The notes under the pieces: generated by a model | Database searches by the model: none | What the model was told of the DNA's origin: nothing | The model's input: only the letters and a program-made list of their open reading frames with translations | Source: Acidimicrobiales bacterium | GTDB taxonomy: Bacteria; Actinomycetota; Acidimicrobiia; Acidimicrobiales; Aldehydirespiratoraceae | NCBI GenBank assembly: GCA_965116485.1 | Contig: OZ220692.1 | Span: 283,152-347,151 of the forward strand | DNA length: 64,000 nucleotides | Direction of reading: 5' to 3' | Part shown: positions 44,368-53,141 of the stretch, in pieces | Position numbering within the stretch: position 1 is the stretch's first letter | Layout of the letters: every line of letters begins with the position of its first letter | Position numbers and translations under genes: made by a program

Positions 44368-45576
44368 TCAAGTGCAGTCGACCGGCACACGAGCGGCGAT
44401 GTCGTCATAGACGCGGCGCAACCGACCCGCCATTGTCGTCCAGGTGTAGGACAGCGCTGACGACGCGGCGTTGCGCGACAGTTCGTCGGCGAGCAGCGGT
44501 GAACCCAGGATCGAACCCGCCGCGTCGGCGAACTCGACCGGGTCGCGGCCGGCGATGCGAAAGCCTGTGCGACCATGCTCCACGAGCGTGCGCAGCCCTC
44601 CCACGTCGGAGGCCACAACGGGCGTCCCACAGGCGGCTGCTTCAAGGGCCACGAGGCCGAACGACTCTGAACGGCTCGGGACCAGGCAGACGTCGGCCGC
44701 CCTGTAGTACGTTGAGAGCAGATGGTGGGGTTGCGGCTCGACGATCTCTACCCGCTCGGCGAGGCCGTTGTCGGCTATGAGTTTTTCCAGGCGGCGGACT
44801 TCGGTGACGCCACTGGCGCCGCTGGCCCCTCCAACGACCACCAGTCGAGCCTCGGGATCGTTGAGCTCGGCCAGTGCTTCGACCGCGACATCGGCGCCTT
44901 TGAGGGGCTGGATCCGTCCGACGAACAACAGCAGCGGGCCTGATCCCAGTCCGAGGGCCTGACGTGCGCCGTGCTGCGACCCGGCCGAGAAGAAGGCGTG
45001 GTTGACTCCGGGCGGCACGATCTCGATGCGGTCGGGGTCGGCCCCGTAGTGCGACACGAGTTCGTGCAGTTCGGTCACCGAGTTGGCGGTGATCACGTCC
45101 GAACAGCGGATCACCTCGATCTCGGCGTCAATGCGCAGTTGCGGTTCCGGGTCGCCGGTTTCGGCTTTCACCCGCGCCAGAGTGTGGAAGGTCGCTACCA
45201 GCGGAAGGTCGAGTTCGTGCTTCAGCCGATGGCCTGCAACCCCGGACAACCAGTAGTTGGCGTGGATCACGTCGACCGGATCACGCAGCAGGTGGTCCCG
45301 TACCCGGTCGGCGAAGCTGTCGACGATCCTCGGCAATGCCTCTTTGGCGAGGTCGACGGGGCCTGCTTCCACATGGACGACCCGGAATCCGGGCTCGACG
45401 TCGACATGTTCGGGGAGCGCTTCGTCCCACCGGCGGACGTAGACGGTGGCATCGGCCCCAGCTTGCGCCAGCGAAGAGACGAGCTCTCTGACATAGACGT
45501 TCATGCCGCCTGCGTCGCCACCGCCGGGTTGCACCAGCGGCGAGGTGTGCAGCGAGAGGACTGCGACCCTACTCAC
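44368..45576 (-). CDS. mshA: D-inositol-3-phosphate glycosyltransferase (mycothiol biosynthesis)
   Basis: ORF 44368..46107 trimmed to the GTG at 45576. VAVLSLHTSPLVQPGGGDAGGMNVYVRELV is the hallmark MshA N-terminus. GT4 C-terminal domain (PSRSESFGLVALEAAACGTPVVA). Confidence 0.9.
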   Translation of the reverse strand: MSRVAVLSLHTSPLVQPGGGDAGGMNVYVRELVSSLAQAGADATVYVRRWDEALPEHVDVEPGFRVVHVEAGPVDLAKEALPRIVDSFADRVRDHLLRDPVDVIHANYWLSGVAGHRLKHELDLPLVATFHTLARVKAETGDPEPQLRIDAEIEVIRCSDVITANSVTELHELVSHYGADPDRIEIVPPGVNHAFFSAGSQHGARQALGLGSGPLLLFVGRIQPLKGADVAVEALAELNDPEARLVVVGGASGASGVTEVRRLEKLIADNGLAERVEIVEPQPHHLLSTYYRAADVCLVPSRSESFGLVALEAAACGTPVVASDVGGLRTLVEHGRTGFRIAGRDPVEFADAAGSILGSPLLADELSRNAASSALSYTWTTMAGRLRRVYDDIAARVPVDCT

Positions 45577-45660
45577 GGGCCCACCCCACTGGGTCTGCTG
45601 ACGCGCTCGGGTGGCGATCCATTCGCTGAACGATACCCAGCCTTTGCGCCGACAACGCCG

Positions 45661-45809
45661 GCGCGATGCTGCTGCTACGGGCGGCGCCGCAGACCCGCCG
45701 GCGCCGCTCAACCCCCCGACACCGGGGGCAGCACCGCGCGATGCTGCTGCTACGGGCGGCGCCGCAGACCCGCCGGCGCCGCAGACCCGCCTGAGACGGG
45801 GGGCAGCAC
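45661..45809. repeat. 75-bp tandem duplication spanning the MoaD-like 3' end
   Basis: A 47-nt identical head (45661..45707 and 45736..45782), each followed by a 27-nt tail that encodes VLPPVSGG on the minus strand. Confidence 0.9.
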
Positions 45810-46019
45810 GGCGATTTCGTCTCTGTCGGTGACCTGGTCGCTGTACTCGGTCGGTTCGCCGTTGCGCCAGACTGCGCACGTCTCGAGCACCGCTGCGAAT
45901 TCTGCTCCGTAGCTGGCGACTGCGGCGTCGAGGATGTCGCCGACGGTGGCGCCGGCGAACACGTCGCTGCGGCGCCCGGCTGCTTCCCGTGCCGAGGCGA
46001 ACAATCGGATCGTGGCCAT
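45750..46019 (-). CDS. MoaD/ThiS-family sulfur-carrier-like protein with an 11-residue extension after the Gly-Gly
   Basis: MATIRLFASAREAAG...DRDEIAVLPPVSGG is a typical MoaD/ThiS pattern. The ORF continues SAAPAGLRRRP before the TAG. Confidence 0.75.
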   Translation of the reverse strand: MATIRLFASAREAAGRRSDVFAGATVGDILDAAVASYGAEFAAVLETCAVWRNGEPTEYSDQVTDRDEIAVLPPVSGGSAAPAGLRRRP

Positions 46020-46133
46020 GACCGCACGCTACCGGCTGGCCGGGCTGCCGGGTGCTTTCGCTGCTGCGGGGTGTCATGGGCAACGGTGGTATCCCCGATC
46101 TTGTCACACCGCGCCGGTACGGTCGGCTCCATC

Positions 46134-46727
46134 ATGTTGAACGTGTTGATCGCCCGCCATGGGCAGTCGGAATGGAACCAACTCGGGCGCTGGCAGGGTC
46201 AGGCCGACCCTGAGCTTTCTGAGTTCGGGTTCGTTCAGGCGGCCGATGCGGCGGCGAATTGCGGCTCGTTCGATGCGATCATTTCCAGCAACCTTCGGCG
46301 GGCCGGCCAAACCGCTGTTGTGATCTCGGAGGCCACGGGCATCGGCCCGGTGCTCATCGACGAAGCCTTCTCAGAGCGCGATGTCGGCTTGTACCAGGGG
46401 TTGACCCACCAGGAGATCGAAGAGCGGTTTCCCGGCAAGCTCGCCGCCGGCGTCTGGCCCGAGGGTTGGGAGACCGACGAGTCGGTGTTGCAGCGGGTTC
46501 TGGGCGGGCTGGAGAACCTGCGTCAGCGGTGCGCCGACGGTGATGTGCTCGTTGTCGCCCACGGTGGGGTCATCTACGCCTTGGAGCGCGATTTCGGCCT
46601 CGAATACAAGCAGATCCCCAATCTCGAAGGCCGTTGGTTGCACCACGACCGCACTTCTTGGCACCTCGGCGAGCGGGTAGCGCTCACCCAGAAACTGGAA
46701 CCTCAGAAACAGGACCTGATCTTATGA
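46134..46727 (+). CDS. histidine phosphatase superfamily protein (GpmB/PhoE-like)
   Basis: ORF 46071..46727 trimmed to the ATG at 46134. RHGQSEWN catalytic motif and a downstream VVAHGG. Confidence 0.85.
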   Translation: MLNVLIARHGQSEWNQLGRWQGQADPELSEFGFVQAADAAANCGSFDAIISSNLRRAGQTAVVISEATGIGPVLIDEAFSERDVGLYQGLTHQEIEERFPGKLAAGVWPEGWETDESVLQRVLGGLENLRQRCADGDVLVVAHGGVIYALERDFGLEYKQIPNLEGRWLHHDRTSWHLGERVALTQKLEPQKQDLIL

Positions 46728-47308
46728 CCGATATTTTGTCGACAAGAAGGATGTCATCGCGCTACCCGGTGGAGGTGATCCGCAGTGATCGCCGAGTCAA
46801 GACCGTCTCGGCCCGCATCGTTGAGGGGGTGATCCGCGTGCGGATTCCCTCCTGGATGTCTGCTGCGGAGGAGAACCGGTTCGTCACCGACATCGTCGAG
46901 CGCATCGAGGTGCAGCGCCGCTCCAACGGCATCGACCTTGAAGGGCGCGCGAGGGTGTTGGCGAAGAAGTTCGACCTCCCGCTGCCGGCTTCCATTCGCT
47001 GGTCCAAGAGGCAAGGCCAGCGTTGGGGGTCATGTTCCACTCACAGCGGCCATATCCGCATCTCGGACCGGCTCGTGGATGTGCCGCCCTGGGTGCTGGA
47101 CCACGTGATCGTACACGAACTGGCACATCTTGTGGTTCCGAACCACTCCGCCGAGTTCGACGCGCTGGTTGAGCGCTACCCGCTGACCGAGCGGGCGATC
47201 GGATACCTGATGGCTCTCAACGATCGAGCCGACCCGGTGACCGAACTCCCCACAGTCACCGACTTGCCGGTTCAGTACGGCGACGGTGAATTGCCTCAGG
47301 CTGGCTAG
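46724..47308 (+). CDS. DUF45/YgjP-like (M48-related) metal-dependent hydrolase
   Basis: The ATG at 46724 overlaps the upstream stop (ATGA). HEXXH (VIVHELAHLV) in the typical context RWGSCS...I.I...L...P..VLDHVIVHELAHL. Confidence 0.8.
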   Translation: MTDILSTRRMSSRYPVEVIRSDRRVKTVSARIVEGVIRVRIPSWMSAAEENRFVTDIVERIEVQRRSNGIDLEGRARVLAKKFDLPLPASIRWSKRQGQRWGSCSTHSGHIRISDRLVDVPPWVLDHVIVHELAHLVVPNHSAEFDALVERYPLTERAIGYLMALNDRADPVTELPTVTDLPVQYGDGELPQAG

Positions 47309-47403
47309 CTCAGCTGATCCAGCCCGCTGATCCGGCCCGTCGGCGGTGCCGATGCCTGCTCAGTTCGCGCGCAAATAGGTAAGCCCTCAAGTTGCAGCCC
47401 GCC

Positions 47404-47564
47404 GTTTCCCGCTCCTGTTCGCTGCGCTCCATTTCCCGCTCTTGTTCGCTGCGCTCCGTTTCCCGCTCTTGTTCGCTGCGCTCCGTTTCCCGCTCTTGTT
47501 CGCTGCGCTCCGTTTCCCGCTCTTGTTCGCTGCGCTCCGTTTCCCGCTCTTGTTCGCTGCGCTC
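47404..47564. repeat. 27-bp tandem repeat, 6 copies (A modules)
   Basis: Unit GTTTCCCGCTCTTGTTCGCTGCGCTCC. Copies start at 47404, 47431, 47458, 47485, 47512 and 47539. No spacers. Confidence 0.95.
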
Positions 47565-47662
47565 ACCGGGCCGCTCGGGCCGCGGGCGGGCCGCTCGAGC
47601 CACGGGCGGGCCGCTCGAGCCACGGGCGGGCCGCTCGAGCCACGGCGGGCCGCTCGAGCCAC
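47565..47662. repeat. 20-21-bp tandem repeat, 4-5 copies (B modules)
   Basis: Unit GGGCGGGCCGCTCGAGCCAC, containing the 8-bp palindrome GCTCGAGC. Confidence 0.9.
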
Positions 47663-47717
47663 GGCCCCGCAAATCAAGCCGTTCGCACTCGGGAATCCTC
47701 TGCCTATTTGCGGGGCC
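47663..47717. terminator. 12-bp perfect-stem hairpin at the element end; possible bidirectional terminator
   Basis: GGCCCCGCAAAT (47663..47674) pairs with ATTTGCGGGGCC (47706..47717), 31-nt loop. Sits between the 3' ends of convergent genes. Confidence 0.4.
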
Positions 47718-47741
47718 TCTAAATTGTGTTGCCGGCGTTGA

Positions 47742-49232
47742 CTATTTCGGTGTCGGAGCGGTGGCCTCAGATCCTGCGCCATTCCGAACGGTCTTTCTGG
47801 CCAGCCAAGCCGCTTCGGCATGGCCCATCGGTGTGCTGGGCGGCGCGTCGGTCCACTCCCAGAGCTCCTCGGAGATCCTTCTCCAGTTGGCCGTGGCGCC
47901 GAGCTTGCCGAGAATGGAGAACAGGCCGAGGTTGATGCGTTGAATCAAGGCGAACGTGGGCGGCACGTTGGCGTGCTTGAGGATCGCGTGGGTCTTGGCG
48001 TCGAAGGTCTGGCGGAGCAGTCGGGTGCTGTAGTCGGAGGTGAACTTCACAGGGGCGTCGTCGAGGATCATCTCGTAGTAGGCGGCGAACCAGTCGAAGA
48101 CCTCCTGATCCGCGAACGGGGCATCGGCGCGCAGGACGTTCACTTCCTCGGCGGTGCGGCGGAATTCAGCGGGGTCCCTCCGGATCATCGCCCGGATCAG
48201 CCGGGCGAACTGCTCCACCTCGACGAGTTCGAAGTGTTTGACGAGTCCGAAGTCGAGGAAGGCGATGCGGCCGTCGTCGGCGAGCAGACAGTTGCCGGGG
48301 TGGGGGTCGCCGTTGAACACGTGCAGGCGGTTCAAGCTGCGGAACACGAATCGGTAGACGACTTCGGCAACGCGCTCCTTCACCTCGTCTGTTTCGTCGT
48401 AGACCGACTCGAAGGGCCTGCCGGCGACGAATTCGGTGGTCAGAACCCGATCCGACGAACGCTGCTGGTCGACATCGGGCACCCATATGTGCGGGTGGCC
48501 GCGGTAGTAGTCGGCGAAGAGGGTCTGGTTCGCCGCTTCGTGGCGGTAGTCGAGTTCCTCGCTGATGCGGGCGCGAAGTTCGGCGACGAGGTCGTCGGGG
48601 TGAAGTCCCGGGTAGACCATGCCCAACAGTCGGGCCAGGGCTTCGCTGTTGTCCAGATCGGCCGCGATCGCTTGGGCGATCCCCGGGTACTGGACCTTCA
48701 CCGCCACCGCCATGCCTTCGCTGGTGACGGCTCGGTGTACTTGGCCGATCGATGCTGCGGCTATCGGTTCCGGGTCGATCTCTGCGAACAGTTCGTGGAG
48801 CGGCCGGCCCAGTGACCGCTCGATTTCGGTGAGGGCCAGATCGGAGGGCATCGGCGGGGCGTCGGCGCGCAGAGTGGCCAGCGCCTGGCGCATGGCGCGG
48901 GGCATGCCCTCGTCGAGGTAGCTCGCCATCTGCCCGAGCTTCATCAGCGCGCCTTTCATCTCTCCGAGGGCCGCCACGACGTCTTCTGCTTCGCGTCGTT
49001 CGAGGTCTGCCTGCAGGCGTCGCCGTGATCCGTCCGCGGCGAGTTTCAGGCGTGCTCTGGTCATGCTCCTGTCGAAGGCGCGGCGGACCATCAGGCGCGC
49101 CATCCCGGCGCGGCGTTGCGCGCGGCTCAGGGCGGCGATCGGCGAGGCCGCAGACTGTTTCGGGCGTCGCAGACGGAGCAAACCCGCGACTGCGCCCAGC
49201 AGGGCGATCAGGATCACGAGGCCGCGGCGCAC
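47742..49232 (-). CDS. ABC1/UbiB-family atypical kinase
   Basis: ASIGQVHRA, AVKVQYPG, HVFNGDPHPGNCLL, IAFLDFG. Confidence 0.88.
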   Translation of the reverse strand: MRRGLVILIALLGAVAGLLRLRRPKQSAASPIAALSRAQRRAGMARLMVRRAFDRSMTRARLKLAADGSRRRLQADLERREAEDVVAALGEMKGALMKLGQMASYLDEGMPRAMRQALATLRADAPPMPSDLALTEIERSLGRPLHELFAEIDPEPIAAASIGQVHRAVTSEGMAVAVKVQYPGIAQAIAADLDNSEALARLLGMVYPGLHPDDLVAELRARISEELDYRHEAANQTLFADYYRGHPHIWVPDVDQQRSSDRVLTTEFVAGRPFESVYDETDEVKERVAEVVYRFVFRSLNRLHVFNGDPHPGNCLLADDGRIAFLDFGLVKHFELVEVEQFARLIRAMIRRDPAEFRRTAEEVNVLRADAPFADQEVFDWFAAYYEMILDDAPVKFTSDYSTRLLRQTFDAKTHAILKHANVPPTFALIQRINLGLFSILGKLGATANWRRISEELWEWTDAPPSTPMGHAEAAWLARKTVRNGAGSEATAPTPK

Positions 49233-49246
49233 AATGTCTGCGGGGG

Positions 49247-49525
49247 TCAGCCCTCGTCGGAGGGTCGGTCTTGCAGCTGATCCGCAAGTTCCTCCGCCAG
49301 CTCAAGGTCGTCTTGATCCAGCGCTTGCATCGCTTGATCGACAAGATCCAAAGCGTTGCTGTCGCCGATGACTTCCGCATCGGATCCGCTGCTGTCCGCG
49401 GTGGAGGAGTGTGCTTTGTCCTGAGCGGAATCGGGGGGAGGGGTCTCGTCGGGTGACGGTTCGTCTTGCATCACCGGTGAGGGTAACCAACCCGGACCGT
49501 GCTTTTGCCCGACCCGATCTGACAT
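49247..49525 (-). CDS. hypothetical small acidic protein
   Basis: ORF ends 14 nt before the ABC1 kinase start. Acidic, low complexity, with an amphipathic C-terminal helix. Start uncertain (an internal ATG at MQDEP is possible). Confidence 0.35.
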   Translation of the reverse strand: MSDRVGQKHGPGWLPSPVMQDEPSPDETPPPDSAQDKAHSSTADSSGSDAEVIGDSNALDLVDQAMQALDQDDLELAEELADQLQDRPSDEG

Positions 49526-49554
49526 CTGCCTGCGAGGCGGGGCAGGCTAGAGCG

Positions 49555-51501
49555 ATGGAGAACCGTCACCCCCATGCCGGCGAGCCGTTCAGCGACGACG
49601 ACGAAGCGATCGGCGAGGCTCTCGAAGAGGTCAGCATCCCCACCCTCATGTGTACGATGGTTCACATCACCGGGGACCTCGGCTGGGTTCGCGGCGACAT
49701 CAAGCCGGCCGGTCTGTTCCTCAACGAGTACCAGGGCTTCATGGACGAGGAGTCCAAAGCCGAGGTCCGCCGCCGGGCCTTGCCCGAGATCATCGCCTAC
49801 CGCGACAACGGGTGTGTCCTGCCCGAACCGCAGCCGGACGCCGAGGTTCTGCACGAGATGATGAACTTCATCGGTTGTGCTGAGATCCCCGCCGAAGTCG
49901 TGCCGATGATGCTCGACGAGATGGGTCTGGGAGATACCGACGTCAACCGCGTGGCCTGGTCCGACGAGGTGTCCGAGAGTGCCAAGAACGATTTCCCGGT
50001 GGTTGTGATCGGCTGCGGCGAATCGGGCGTGTTGGCCGGTGTTCGTCTGGCCGAGGCCGGTCTGCCGTTCACGATCATCGACAAGAACGGGGGTCCGGGC
50101 GGAACCTGGTGGGAGAACCGTTATCCGGGTGCTCGGGTCGATGTCGGCAGCCACTTCTACTGCTACTCCTTCGAGCCCTCAGACCATTGGACGGAGTACT
50201 TCTCTCAGCAGCCCGAGCTGCAGCAGTACTTCGTCGATGTAATGGAGCGCCACGGGATAACCGACCACTGCCGATTCGACACAGAGGTCACTGGGGCGAC
50301 CCTCGACGAGTCGACGGGTATCTGGTCAGTTGCGATCCGTACTGCTGACGGCAGCACCGAGACGCTGCAGGCCCGTGCGATCATCAGCGCTGTCGGTTCC
50401 CTGAACCGTGCGAAGATGCCCGAGATCGACGGTATCGACGACTTCGAGGGGCCCTGGTTCCACTCGACTCGCTGGGACCACAGCGTCGACATAACCAACA
50501 AGAGGTTCGCGCTCATCGGGGCCGGAGCGAGCGGGTTTCAGATCGCGCCGACCATCGCCGGCCAGGTCGATCATCTGTCGATCTTCCAGCGCACGGCGCA
50601 ATGGATGTTCCCCAACCCGAACTACCACGAGAAGGTCCCGGAGGGACAGAAGTGGGCGATCCGGCATCTGCCGTTCTTCGGTCGCTGGTTCCGGTTCCTG
50701 CAGTTCTGGCCGGGTTCGGGAGGGGATCTGAGCAGCAGCCGCATCGATCCCGACTACGACGACAGCGACGGGTACGCGGTCAGCGAACGGAACCTGGCCA
50801 CCCGGGGCTTCTTCGAGGGTTGGCTGCGACAGCAGGTCGGCGACGACGAGGCGCTTCTGGCCAAGGTCATTCCCGACTATCCGGCGACCGGGAAGCGCAC
50901 TCTGCAGGACAACGGTTCGTGGCTGAAGGCTTTGACACGCGACGATGTCGACCTCGTCCGCACCGGTATCGAGCGCATCGAGCCGGCCGGGGTGCGCACC
51001 GTCGACGGTGAGCTTCACGAGGTCGACGTGATCTGCTACGCCACCGGGTTCCACCACAACCGTTTTCTGTGGCCCATGGACATCCGCGGCCGCGGCGGCA
51101 GGCTTCTGAGCGAGTATTGGGGAGAGGAGCCGACTGCCTATCTGGGGATCACCGTCCCCGAGTTCCCCAACCTTTTCTGCATGTACGGGCCGGGCACGAA
51201 TCTGGCCCACGGCGGGAGCCTGATCTTCCACTCCGAGTGCCAGATCACCTACATCATGGGGTGCTTGCAGCAGCTCCTCGACGGCGACCATCGCATGATG
51301 GAGCCCCGGCCCGAGGCGCACGACGCCTACAACGACCGTCGCCGCAGCGAGATCGACCAGATGGTGTGGAGTCATTGGTCGATTCCCCACACGCATTACA
51401 AGAACGTCAACGGCGATGTCTTCACCCTGTCGCCGTGGCCGATCCACACCTACCAGCAGTGGACCAAGGCCCCCGACCCCAGCGAATACATCTTCACCTA
51501 G
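49555..51501 (+). CDS. flavin-dependent Baeyer-Villiger-type monooxygenase with an N-terminal extension (HAPMO-like)
   Basis: ORF 49411..51501 trimmed to the ATG at 49555. FAD GxGxxG (VIGCGESGVLAG), BVMO-like GGTWWENRYPGARVDV, and a second dinucleotide motif IGAGASG. Confidence 0.85.
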   Translation: MENRHPHAGEPFSDDDEAIGEALEEVSIPTLMCTMVHITGDLGWVRGDIKPAGLFLNEYQGFMDEESKAEVRRRALPEIIAYRDNGCVLPEPQPDAEVLHEMMNFIGCAEIPAEVVPMMLDEMGLGDTDVNRVAWSDEVSESAKNDFPVVVIGCGESGVLAGVRLAEAGLPFTIIDKNGGPGGTWWENRYPGARVDVGSHFYCYSFEPSDHWTEYFSQQPELQQYFVDVMERHGITDHCRFDTEVTGATLDESTGIWSVAIRTADGSTETLQARAIISAVGSLNRAKMPEIDGIDDFEGPWFHSTRWDHSVDITNKRFALIGAGASGFQIAPTIAGQVDHLSIFQRTAQWMFPNPNYHEKVPEGQKWAIRHLPFFGRWFRFLQFWPGSGGDLSSSRIDPDYDDSDGYAVSERNLATRGFFEGWLRQQVGDDEALLAKVIPDYPATGKRTLQDNGSWLKALTRDDVDLVRTGIERIEPAGVRTVDGELHEVDVICYATGFHHNRFLWPMDIRGRGGRLLSEYWGEEPTAYLGITVPEFPNLFCMYGPGTNLAHGGSLIFHSECQITYIMGCLQQLLDGDHRMMEPRPEAHDAYNDRRRSEIDQMVWSHWSIPHTHYKNVNGDVFTLSPWPIHTYQQWTKAPDPSEYIFT

Positions 51502-51629
51502 CGGCGGAGGCCTGACGGGCGGCGGCGCCCGAGGGTGTCAAGTACCAGCAGCGGGCGAGGTGCCGCGGGAGGTGTCACAGGTGTCGTCTATGCTCCGAAC
51601 AACCCCACGCTGGGTCGGAGGAGAGTGAC

Positions 51630-53141
51630 ATGACCGTGATCGAGACGACAAGGGCTGACTCGAGTCGGCTCGTCGCGGCCGAACAGCTTCGACGTCTCGC
51701 CGACTCACTGAACGAAGAGTTGGAACAAACCAACGACCGTGGCCGACGGTCTGGTATTGGCCAGTTCACAACTCCCTCGGAGGTCGCTCGTACCATCGGA
51801 TCGTTGGTCGAGCCCCAAGGTCGAACCCTCAGAGTTGTCGACGCAGGTGCTGGTGCGGGCGCATTGATGCTTGGTCTCATAGCGAGCCTTGTCGAACGGA
51901 ATATTGCGGTGCCTGTCGAAATCGACCTCGTCGAGACCGACGACGTTGCGCTCAGATTGCTGCGAACTGCCACACAAGAGGCAAAGACAACTGCTGCGGC
52001 TTGCGGATTTTCAGTCGAGACTCGGATCGTCGAAGGCGATTTTTGCGATGCTGCAAAGTGGGCGGGCAACCGTCGCTTCGATGTTGTGGTCATGAACCCC
52101 CCCTTTATGAAACTTGGGTCTGGAGACCCTAGCCGTCGGGCGATTCTTCATCGCCATGGAATCGATTGCCCCAATCTCTACGCCGCCTTTTTGGGTATCG
52201 CCACCACCCTGTTGGATGCGGGAGGGCAACTGGTTGCCATCACGCCGCGCTCCTTCACCAACGGGCTTTACTTCGCGAACTTCCGCACGGAGTTGATGAA
52301 CAGGGCTGCTTTCCGCAGGGTCATCCTTTTTGACAGGCGAAACCGGCTTTTCAAAGCTTCGTCGGTACTCCAAGAAACAATCATCTTCTCGCTTCAGATG
52401 ACCAGGCCCCTTCGTGACGACTTGGTACGCGTTGAAACTCGCGCAGACCACCTAGCCGAGCCACACCGAGTACACGATGTCACACACGACAAGATCGTGT
52501 TTCCTCGAGACAGTCAGAAATACATCAACCTCCCGGCTAGCCCCGCGGAGACACTGGCAACCAGCCAGGTGGCATCACTGCCTGCCGACCTGAAATCGCT
52601 GTGCTTGGGTGTGTCAACCGGACCTGTCGTCGATTTTCGATCCCGTGAAGCGCTTACGTCGGCAGGTGAGTCAGGATCCGTGCCCTTGATCTACCCGACG
52701 AACATCAAGGCCCCTAGAGTCGAGTGGCCGGTTCCGACCACTAAACCTCAGGGCTTCATCGTCGGCGCCAAGACCAAGCGGATGCTATTTCCCAACGGCC
52801 CCTACGTGCTGATCAAGCGTTTCACCGCAAAAGAAGAACGCCGACGGGTAGTGGCGGGGGTGTATCTTCCCATCAAGTGCTACGACTACATCGCGTTCGA
52901 GAACCATGTGAACGTCGTTCACCGCAATCGAAGCCCGATCAAGGAGTCTGAAGCGGTGAAACTAGCGGATTTCCTCAACAGCGAACTAGTCGATACGTAT
53001 TTTCGGATGTTCAGTGGAAGCACCCAGGTAAACGCCTCAGACCTGCGACGAATGCGCTTCCCTCAATTGGGAGGCATCGATTCTGAGATTCATCCGGAAA
53101 TCCGGTTGTCTTTCGCTGACGCTGCTGACCATTCGCAATGA
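51630..53141 (+). CDS. N6-adenine DNA methyltransferase, PstI/BsuBI (Eco57I-domain) type
   Basis: Motif I VVDAGAGAGAL and motif IV VVMNPPF. 503 aa, which is the size class I recall for M.PstI. Translationally coupled (ATGA) to a BsuBI/PstI-type endonuclease remnant. Confidence 0.85.
   Translation: MTVIETTRADSSRLVAAEQLRRLADSLNEELEQTNDRGRRSGIGQFTTPSEVARTIGSLVEPQGRTLRVVDAGAGAGALMLGLIASLVERNIAVPVEIDLVETDDVALRLLRTATQEAKTTAAACGFSVETRIVEGDFCDAAKWAGNRRFDVVVMNPPFMKLGSGDPSRRAILHRHGIDCPNLYAAFLGIATTLLDAGGQLVAITPRSFTNGLYFANFRTELMNRAAFRRVILFDRRNRLFKASSVLQETIIFSLQMTRPLRDDLVRVETRADHLAEPHRVHDVTHDKIVFPRDSQKYINLPASPAETLATSQVASLPADLKSLCLGVSTGPVVDFRSREALTSAGESGSVPLIYPTNIKAPRVEWPVPTTKPQGFIVGAKTKRMLFPNGPYVLIKRFTAKEERRRVVAGVYLPIKCYDYIAFENHVNVVHRNRSPIKESEAVKLADFLNSELVDTYFRMFSGSTQVNASDLRRMRFPQLGGIDSEIHPEIRLSFADAADHSQ

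Larger units (their letters stand above)
47366..47720 (+). mobile_element. modular MITE/BOX-like GC-rich element, expanded copy (A x6, B x4-5)
   Basis: 10-bp perfect terminal inverted repeat CGCAAATAGG (47370..47379) / CCTATTTGCG (47703..47712). Internal minisatellites and a terminal hairpin. Lies between convergent genes. Confidence 0.65.

Noticed and set aside
47404-47662. CRISPR array?
   Set aside because: The 27-bp and 20-21-bp units are directly contiguous with no spacers, there are no cas genes in the window, and the same modules occur as single copies in other elements.
47310-47943. ORFs through the expanded repeat element (for example the ERETERSEQ repeat protein 47310..47672 and 47392..47943)
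   Set aside because: Frames stay open only because the repeat units lack stops. All frames on both strands are open, and the translations are pure repeats between convergent gene ends.
4610-51501. N-terminal extensions of several ORF-track entries (nuoM 622 aa, nuoB 335 aa, cytochrome b 312 aa, ferredoxin 304 aa, 3-TM protein 274 aa, rex 286 aa, hemC 338 aa, mshA 579 aa, BVMO 696 aa)
   Set aside because: The extensions are Arg/Pro-rich, overlap the preceding gene, and lack homology-like sequence. Internal starts coincide with stop/start overlaps (TGATG, ATGA, GTGA) or Shine-Dalgarno-like sequences and with the conserved N-termini of the families.
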